DNA of 64,000 bases, from contig JBPOHV010000001.1 in NCBI GenBank assembly GCA_052035175.1, forward strand, positions 366,773 through 430,772, read 5' to 3'. The notes under the pieces are model-generated. The model was given only the letters and a program-made list of their open reading frames with translations. It did no database searches and was not told where the DNA came from. Shown here one piece after another: positions 57,145 to 64,000 of the stretch (the stretch's first letter is position 1; each line of letters starts with the position of its first letter). The position numbers were made by a program, and so were the translations under genes. This DNA is from a candidate division WWE3 bacterium (GTDB lineage: Bacteria; Patescibacteriota; WWE3; UBA101185; UBA10185).

Positions 57145-59598
57145 ATGAACGTAGATGAAAATTCTTCTGATAAGAATTCTGTTGCCGTAGCAAACTTAAG
57201 AAAAAACGAACATATAGACTTAAGTGAAAATTCTCGTGTAATTTTAGAAAAAAGATATTTGCGTAAAAATCCAGATGGTACCCCTGCCGAAACAATCGAG
57301 CAAATGTTTGAACGTATTTCGAGAGCAGTGGCTGAACCCGACATTACATACAGAGATGTAAATACAACGTTCATCGAATTTTATAATTTACTGACTTCCA
57401 AAAAATTTTTTCCAAACTCACCAACATTTACTGGTGCGGGTACTCCATTGGGACAGTTGGCTGCGTGTTTTGTTTTACCTATTGCCGACGATTTGGGAAA
57501 ACAATCTGACGGTATTTTTACAACTCTGAGAAATGCGTCACTTATTCAGCAGTCTGGTGGGGGAAATGGTTTTTCTTTTACAAAAATTCGCCCGAAAGGT
57601 TCTTACATTTCTAGTAGTAGTGGAAAAGCAACTGGTCCGGTAGGGTTTATGTCTGTTTACGACAAAGCTTTTGGTGAAGTAGCTCAAGGTGGTGTTCGAC
57701 GTGGTGCTAATATGGGTGTTTTACGCGTTGACCACCCGGATGTTCGTGATTTTATAAAATGCAAATCTTCTGAAGGCCAAATTTCAAACTTTAATATATC
57801 TGTAGCAATTACAGACAAATTTATGAAAGCCGTAAAAGACGATACTACTTATGATTTGATAGATCCGCATTCGAGCAAAGTTGTAGAAACTCCCAGAGCG
57901 CGCGAGATTTTCGATATGATCGTCGAGTATGCTTATAAAAATGGCGAACCTGGTGTTTTATTCATCGATGCTGCTAATCGAACAAATCCTGTACCACATT
58001 TATATGAACTTATGGCAACAAATCCTTGTGGTGAGCAATGGCTTGGGCCATATGAAAATTGTTGTTTGGGATCTATAAATCTAGCCGAGCATATCTCAGA
58101 TCATAAAATGGATTGGGAGGCTTTGAAAGAAACTACAATATTATCTACAAGATTTTTGGATAATGTCGTAAGCGCAAATAAATACGTTCCTGCGGTTCCT
58201 CAATTGAAAGAAGCTGCAGATAATGCGCGCCGTATCGGGCTTGGAATTATGGGATTGGCCGATGCAATGTATGCACTGGGGATTAAATATGGAAGTGATG
58301 CAGGCCAAGAGTTTTCTGCTCAAGTTATGGAGTTTGTCAGATACCACTCTATGTTAGTTTCTATAGATTTGGCTAAAGAACGTGGCCCATTCTTAAAAAT
58401 AAAGGGTAGTATATATGATCCTCAAAATGTGACTTGGAGACCACCAACCCCTATAAAGTCTTTTACTTCTGATTTTGGCAGACCTTTAATTGATTGGAAT
58501 ACTGTCATGTCTGGTTTGCGCACACATGGTATTCGAAATGCTGCTCAGACAACAGTTGCACCTACAGGAACGATATCAACCGTAGCAGGTGTAGAGGGTT
58601 ATGGGTGTGAGCCAGCTTTTGCATTGGCTTACTACAGAAATGTTTATCAAGCCGCAGGGGACACTGGGAAAATGACTTTGACTTATGTAAGCCCTTTATT
58701 TATTGAGGCTTTGGATAAAGCTAATATAATCGGAGACGTAAGAAAAAGAATAATTGACGAAGTCTTAGAAAAAGGCACATGCCAACAAATTATAGGGCTA
58801 CCTCAATCAATCAAAGACGTGTTTGTTGTTTCTGCTGATATATCTCCAGAAGAACATATTATGACGCAAGCATCGATACAGGCCTTTGTTGATAACTCTA
58901 TATCAAAGACTTGCAATTTTCCCGCTGAAGCAACAAAAGAAGATGTCGCAAAAGCTTACATGTTGGGTTGGGAGTTAGGTTGCAAAGGGTTAACTGTATA
59001 TGTTACAGGTTCTCGCCAAGAAGTTGTCTTGGAAACAAAAGAAACGAAACTAGCTAAGTCTGGCGATACAGGTACTGTAGTCGTATCAGAAAACAGCATT
59101 GTTGAATTTGATCGCGGTCGAAAGTTGGTTGGTGCAACTTATAAAGTAAAAACACCACAAGGAAAAGCCTTTGTTACAATAAATAAGACAGATAACGGTG
59201 AGCCAGTTGAAATTTTTGTGAATGTCGGAAAAGCTGGTACAGACGTAGCAGCTTTGTCTGAGGCATTGGGTAGATTATTATCTGGCTGGTTGCGTTCTTC
59301 GACTGATAAAACACATACTGTCAAAGACATTATTGTCCAACTTATAGGTATTGGTGGTGCAAGTAGCGTTGGCTTTGGTAAAAGTCGGGTAAGTTCGGTA
59401 CCAGACGCTGTTGCAAAACTATTAGCCGAAGAATTTATGATCGAGGTAAAAATGAATGGAAGCAATGTAGTAGAAAAAGACAAACCTCAAGTTTCTGTTT
59501 TTTCTCATGTCGATATGTGCCCAGACTGTGGAAATACATCTTTGATCATGGAAGAAGGTTGTGAAAAATGTTATACATGTGGCTTTAGCAAATGCTGA
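57145..59598 (+). CDS. nrdJ: Class II (adenosylcobalamin-dependent) ribonucleotide reductase with C-terminal TSCPD/zinc-ribbon region
   Basis: FFPNSP, QLAACFV, TNPCGEQ, APTGTIS, ISKTCN, CPDC…EGC.KC..CG.SKC; no nrdB nearby. Confidence 0.92.
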   Translation: MNVDENSSDKNSVAVANLRKNEHIDLSENSRVILEKRYLRKNPDGTPAETIEQMFERISRAVAEPDITYRDVNTTFIEFYNLLTSKKFFPNSPTFTGAGTPLGQLAACFVLPIADDLGKQSDGIFTTLRNASLIQQSGGGNGFSFTKIRPKGSYISSSSGKATGPVGFMSVYDKAFGEVAQGGVRRGANMGVLRVDHPDVRDFIKCKSSEGQISNFNISVAITDKFMKAVKDDTTYDLIDPHSSKVVETPRAREIFDMIVEYAYKNGEPGVLFIDAANRTNPVPHLYELMATNPCGEQWLGPYENCCLGSINLAEHISDHKMDWEALKETTILSTRFLDNVVSANKYVPAVPQLKEAADNARRIGLGIMGLADAMYALGIKYGSDAGQEFSAQVMEFVRYHSMLVSIDLAKERGPFLKIKGSIYDPQNVTWRPPTPIKSFTSDFGRPLIDWNTVMSGLRTHGIRNAAQTTVAPTGTISTVAGVEGYGCEPAFALAYYRNVYQAAGDTGKMTLTYVSPLFIEALDKANIIGDVRKRIIDEVLEKGTCQQIIGLPQSIKDVFVVSADISPEEHIMTQASIQAFVDNSISKTCNFPAEATKEDVAKAYMLGWELGCKGLTVYVTGSRQEVVLETKETKLAKSGDTGTVVVSENSIVEFDRGRKLVGATYKVKTPQGKAFVTINKTDNGEPVEIFVNVGKAGTDVAALSEALGRLLSGWLRSSTDKTHTVKDIIVQLIGIGGASSVGFGKSRVSSVPDAVAKLLAEEFMIEVKMNGSNVVEKDKPQVSVFSHVDMCPDCGNTSLIMEEGCEKCYTCGFSKC

Positions 59599-59643
59599 GT
59601 TCTAAGTGTAGATGATACATTTGTTGCGTGGTAACATTTCACA

Positions 59644-59805
59644 ATGTCGCGCTTAACAAAATATCTTTTACTTTTTGTTTTGGTAGTATCAGTAGGTGTT
59701 AGTTTGGTTACATATTTGGTTTATAGAGCTGTGCAAACAGATAACTTTTTCGTGGCGCAAACTGCGCAGGTGTCTGTTTTGTCTGCTGAAAGTATTTCAG
59801 AGTGA
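59644..59805 (+). CDS. Unannotated 53-aa single-TM protein
   Basis: MSRLTKYLLLFVLVVSVGVSLVTYLVYRAVQ…; TAACAT 6 nt before the ATG; fills the nrdJ-ileS gap. Confidence 0.6.
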   Translation: MSRLTKYLLLFVLVVSVGVSLVTYLVYRAVQTDNFFVAQTAQVSVLSAESISE

Positions 59806-59846
59806 GATGTGTTTCAAATTTGTAACTTTTTTGATACTATTCCCAC

Positions 59847-62741
59847 ATGTCTGATACACATACTGAGAAAACTATTCCTCAATTAGAAGAGGAAATGCTG
59901 GCTTATTGGAAAGAGAATACTATTTTCGAGAAGTCTGTTTCTCAGCGCCCTTCTGATAACTCATATGTTTTTTATGATGGACCTCCATTTATTTCCGGTT
60001 TACCACATTATGGTCATTTCTTAGCTTCAATCGCAAAAGATATAGTTCCCAGGTATTGGACTATGCGAGGTAAGCGCGTAGAAAGAGTATGGGGGTGGGA
60101 TGCCCATGGTTTAACCGTTGAAAATAAAGTTCAAAAAGAACTGGGTATCAAAGATCGTCGTGAAATAGAAAACTTTGGGTTGAGTAAATTTACTGAAGCT
60201 TGTTACAAATATACATCTGCAACATCAGCAGAATGGCCATGGTATATAGAACGTATTGGTCGCTGGGTCGACATGGAGCACGCATATAAGACTATAGACA
60301 CCTCATATATGGAGTCTGTTATGTGGGCATTTAAGCAGCTTTATGATAAGAAATTAATTTATGAAGGTATGCGTACATCTTTATATTGCACTACATGCGG
60401 CACGCCTGTTTCGAATTTTGAAGTTGCCATGGATGATACTTATAAAGAAGTTGAGGATCCCGCAGTTACAATCAAATTCAAAATAAGTACACAAGGTAGG
60501 TTTGAAAATATGTTTGTACTAGCATGGACTACTACGCCATGGACGTTGCCTTCAAATAGAGCTTTGGTTTTAGACAAATCTGCTGATTATGCTTTGGTTG
60601 AATATGACATGGCGACTTATATTCTAGCTGTTTCTCGAGTAGCAGAAATCTTCAAAGATAAACAATATAATGTAATTGATAAAGTAAAAGGTGCCGATTT
60701 AGTTGGTCTTGCTTATGAACCTTTGTATAAGATTTATGCAAACAATGACAATGATTTCAAAATTTACCATTTTGACAATATGGTAAGCGCCGATGAAGGT
60801 ACTGGAGTTGTACATAGTGCTCCAGGATTTGGTGCTATAGATACACAAATGGGATTTGAAAGCGGACTCACTTTGATGACATCTATAGACGACGAAGGTA
60901 AGTTTACGCAAGGTAATAATGAAGCTAATCCATATTTTGGACTTTATTACAGTAAAGCAAATCCATTAATAACATATGATCTAGAGAAAAGGGGATTGTT
61001 ATTTGAAAATTCCAAAATACTTCACAGATTTCCATATCACGATAGATGCAATACGCTTTTGATTCAAAGAGCGCAGCACTCTTGGTTTTTACGAGAAACA
61101 GAAATGACTAAAGCTTTGTTAGACAATGCAGAACCCATAAAGTGGGTTCCAGATCATTTGAAAAATGGATTATTTAAATATGTTATCGAATCGGCACCAG
61201 ATTGGTGTATTTCACGCAACCGTTACTGGGCGACTCCAATGCCCGTATGGGAAAGCGCAGATGGAGATCGGTTAGTATTGGGAAGTATAAAAGAAATCGA
61301 AGAGTTGTCTGGTCAAAAAGTAAAAGATCTGCACAGACCTTATATAGATGAAATAGTTATACATAAAGATGGCAAAGAATATAAACGCAGAGTAGAAGTA
61401 CTAGACTCTTGGTTTGAAGCAGGTTCAATGCCGTTTGCACAATGGCATTATCCTTTTGAAAATAAAGAAAAGTTTGAACAAAACTTTCCAGGCGATTACA
61501 TCGTAGAGTATATAGCTCAAACTCGTGCGTGGTTTAGAGTGTTACATGTTATTTCTGTAGGTGTTTTTGATACTCACGCTTTTAAGAATGTAGTTTGTAC
61601 AGGTGTTTTAGCTGGTAATGACGGTCGTAAAATGAGTAAAACCTATGGTAATTACACAGATCCAAAAGAAGTTTTACAAACCGTAGGCGGAGACGCAGTG
61701 AGACTATACTTTATGAATTCTCCTCTACTTACAGGAGGCGGCACCAATTTTGATTTTGACGCGATGAAAGTAAAATCTAGAAATGTTATAAATCCTTTGT
61801 TAAATTCTTTGAAATTTTTTATGATGTATACGCCAAAAGACAATTGGCAACCAGACCTTGAAAAATTATCAGAAAATGTTTTAGACAAATGGATAATGAT
61901 ACGGCTAAACGAAACAATAAAAGGCTTTTCCGATAATATGGAAAATTATTTGATTGCTGATGCCGTTCAATACATAGAAGACTTTGTAGATGATTTATCT
62001 CGATGGTATGTACGCCGATCACGAGAACGTATAACTTCGGGTGATAATGATGCTCTAAATACTTTGTTTACAGTTTTATACAAGTTTTCACTTGCTTCTG
62101 CTCCTACAATACCGTTTTTATCAGAAAGAATATATCAATCTTTAAAATCGTACGTACCTTCTGCTAAAGAATCGGTGCATTTAGAAGATTATCCGCAGTA
62201 CGATGCAGATTTATTAACTGACGAATCTAATATTTTAGTAAAAATGAAAAATACCAGGGATGTGGTTTCAATAATTCTGGCTATGAGGTCATCTGCAAAT
62301 GTAAATCTAAAGGTACGTCAACCATTACAAAATGCATTTGTAGTATTTGACGAGACAGTAAAAGCAAATGAGTACGGTCTTTTTGTAGATATAGTTCAAG
62401 ACGAAGTAAATATTAAAGAAGTAAGTATACTAGATAAAGTGCCTGTCAGCGTTGATACAAATGTGTTTGCTTCTATGCAACTAGATGCAAATAGCGTTGT
62501 CTATTTAAACAAAGAAATCACCGAAGACTTGCGTCTAGAAGGTATGGCACGTGATTTTATAAGGGCTATCCAAGATTTGCGTAAAACAAAAGGTTACAAT
62601 ATAAGCGACAATATCGATGTTACATATCCTGATACTGAAGAGTACAAAAAACTTATGGACATGTTTGGTCCATTTATCAAGTCTAAGGTGACTGCACGTA
62701 ATTTTGTGCCAAGTACTTCTCTCGATGTACTAAAGATTTAA
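59847..62741 (+). CDS. ileS: Isoleucine--tRNA ligase (type 2 / eukaryote-like)
   Basis: DGPPF, PHYGH, WTTTPWTLP, DWCISRNRYW, KMSK; C-terminal EG.ARD..R.IQ.LRK without the type 1 zinc finger. Confidence 0.96.
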   Translation: MSDTHTEKTIPQLEEEMLAYWKENTIFEKSVSQRPSDNSYVFYDGPPFISGLPHYGHFLASIAKDIVPRYWTMRGKRVERVWGWDAHGLTVENKVQKELGIKDRREIENFGLSKFTEACYKYTSATSAEWPWYIERIGRWVDMEHAYKTIDTSYMESVMWAFKQLYDKKLIYEGMRTSLYCTTCGTPVSNFEVAMDDTYKEVEDPAVTIKFKISTQGRFENMFVLAWTTTPWTLPSNRALVLDKSADYALVEYDMATYILAVSRVAEIFKDKQYNVIDKVKGADLVGLAYEPLYKIYANNDNDFKIYHFDNMVSADEGTGVVHSAPGFGAIDTQMGFESGLTLMTSIDDEGKFTQGNNEANPYFGLYYSKANPLITYDLEKRGLLFENSKILHRFPYHDRCNTLLIQRAQHSWFLRETEMTKALLDNAEPIKWVPDHLKNGLFKYVIESAPDWCISRNRYWATPMPVWESADGDRLVLGSIKEIEELSGQKVKDLHRPYIDEIVIHKDGKEYKRRVEVLDSWFEAGSMPFAQWHYPFENKEKFEQNFPGDYIVEYIAQTRAWFRVLHVISVGVFDTHAFKNVVCTGVLAGNDGRKMSKTYGNYTDPKEVLQTVGGDAVRLYFMNSPLLTGGGTNFDFDAMKVKSRNVINPLLNSLKFFMMYTPKDNWQPDLEKLSENVLDKWIMIRLNETIKGFSDNMENYLIADAVQYIEDFVDDLSRWYVRRSRERITSGDNDALNTLFTVLYKFSLASAPTIPFLSERIYQSLKSYVPSAKESVHLEDYPQYDADLLTDESNILVKMKNTRDVVSIILAMRSSANVNLKVRQPLQNAFVVFDETVKANEYGLFVDIVQDEVNIKEVSILDKVPVSVDTNVFASMQLDANSVVYLNKEITEDLRLEGMARDFIRAIQDLRKTKGYNISDNIDVTYPDTEEYKKLMDMFGPFIKSKVTARNFVPSTSLDVLKI

Positions 62742-63799
62742 TGCTCAAAAAAATTAATTTTGTATTTTGTATTGTTCCTATATTGATCTTTGCCATGAGT
62801 GCTTTGACAATGTATTCAGTGGGGAATACTTTGTTGAAACAGCATATACTCGTGTTTTGTATTGGGTATATTTTGTTTTTTGCTATTTCACTCGTTGATA
62901 TTGAGGTTTTACGATACTATTGGCAGTATTTATACATCTTTATCGTTGCAACTTTGGGTGTAACCCACATACTAGGAACTATTAAGCTTGGTGCCGCAAG
63001 ATGGATTAATTTAGGATTATTTACTGTTCAGCCTTCAGAGTTTGCAAAAGCTGTTACAATTTTATCTTTGGCTTCATTTTTATCTTTTAGTAAAGAAGGT
63101 ATTTCAAACTATAAAACCTTTTTAAAATTTATTTTGTTGGTTATCTTTATTGCGGCTTTTGTAATATTTCAACCTGACCTTGGTACAGCGTTGATTGTAT
63201 TATTTGCTTCATTAGGTATAGGGGTTATAGCAGGTGTTAATCGTAACTATATATTGTTTTTTGTTTTATCTTTGGGTATTTTGTCTTATCCTGTATGGAC
63301 GTCACTATATACTTATCAGCAGCAACGTATCTTGGTATTTATTGATCCTACAATTGATAGTTTAGGCGCAGGTTACAATGTTTTACAATCAATTATTGCA
63401 GTGGGGTCGGGTGGTGTATTTGGTAAAGGTTTGGGGAATGGGACTCAAGCAATGCTCAACTATTTACCGATTTATTGGACAGATTTTATGTTTGCTGCAT
63501 TTGCAGAAGAATGGGGGCTTATTGGAATTATTGTTTTCCTAGCTTTATACGTGATTTTGCTATTATCAATATTGTTTGTAGCGTATAAAGTCGATACGAC
63601 ATTTGCATTGATGATTAGTATAGGTGTGTTTTGTGTTTTTTTTGCTCAATTTGTAATAAATGTAGGGATGAACTTGGGAGTGATGCCAGTGACAGGTATT
63701 CCTTTACCTTTTATGTCATACGGAGGTAGTTCTATGGTTGTGTCATTTATATTATTGGGTATGCTTCATAGCGTCTGGATCTACCAGACAAAAAATTAA
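62741..63799 (+). CDS. rodA: SEDS protein RodA
   Basis: GAARWI, QPSEFAK, QPDLGT, GYNVLQS.IAVGSGG, PFMSYGGSS. Confidence 0.9.
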   Translation: MLKKINFVFCIVPILIFAMSALTMYSVGNTLLKQHILVFCIGYILFFAISLVDIEVLRYYWQYLYIFIVATLGVTHILGTIKLGAARWINLGLFTVQPSEFAKAVTILSLASFLSFSKEGISNYKTFLKFILLVIFIAAFVIFQPDLGTALIVLFASLGIGVIAGVNRNYILFFVLSLGILSYPVWTSLYTYQQQRILVFIDPTIDSLGAGYNVLQSIIAVGSGGVFGKGLGNGTQAMLNYLPIYWTDFMFAAFAEEWGLIGIIVFLALYVILLLSILFVAYKVDTTFALMISIGVFCVFFAQFVINVGMNLGVMPVTGIPLPFMSYGGSSMVVSFILLGMLHSVWIYQTKN

Positions 63800-63858
63800 T
63801 AATATAGTATATTTAATTTAGAATTTAGTATCTAAATTTTCTTTATTGAGAAATAATT

Positions 63859-64000
63859 ATGCAAGAAATATCATTATCACTTAATAACAATGTTTTAAAG
63901 CTTACAGTTTTACATAAAGGTGCTTATAAAAAGATTTCTGCGCATGTTCCATCGGATATATGTGAGGGGAGCAAGATACTAGATCAAGATGGGTTCAATA
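63859..64000 (+). CDS. 5' part of a CDS running off the window (possibly PilM/actin-like)
   Basis: ATG at 63859 and frame open to the edge (MQEISLSLNNNVLKLTV…EGSKILD). Confidence 0.45.
   Translation, partial: MQEISLSLNNNVLKLTVLHKGAYKKISAHVPSDICEGSKILDQDGFN

Noticed and set aside
1-64000. tRNA/rRNA genes, inteins or introns in nrdJ/ileS/uvr genes, alternative genetic code
   Set aside because: No cloverleaf or rRNA-like segment was recognised by eye, protein lengths are normal without insertions, and TGA terminates conserved genes such as eno and nrdJ.

Overview
This is an AT-rich bacterial chromosome segment in genetic code 11 (TGA used as stop). Gene content and order resemble Patescibacteria/CPR (Microgenomates/WWE3-like); this is an inference. 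It carries a surface-polysaccharide cluster, recO-glyS, mraZ-rsmH-ftsL-ftsI, a minimal two-component pair, ppsA-eno-gpmA, an SOS set (lexA, uvrB, uvrA, uvrC) with TTCGG-N6-TTCGG boxes, secG-murA-like-ftsW-murG-ftsQAZ, class II RNR nrdJ, ileS and rodA. Housekeeping genes look largely leaderless: a -10 hexamer sits about 6 nt before the ATG and there is no SD. The most unusual feature is an island at ~38.1-41.4 kb, with satellite loci at ~24.8-25.2 kb and ~32.6-33.1 kb. It holds small membrane or secreted ORFs that have strong Shine-Dalgarno sites and show base-pairing between each start-codon region and its own stop-codon region. The ORFs are separated by five divergent but covarying long hairpins with a conserved single bulged U, and three of them share an ACTCA-N5-ACTCA promoter box. 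Directly upstream are a winged-helix regulator and a divergent CCA/poly(A)-polymerase-like nucleotidyltransferase. This may be an undescribed structured-mRNA cassette system. All pairings were read by eye; no folding software or database search was run.
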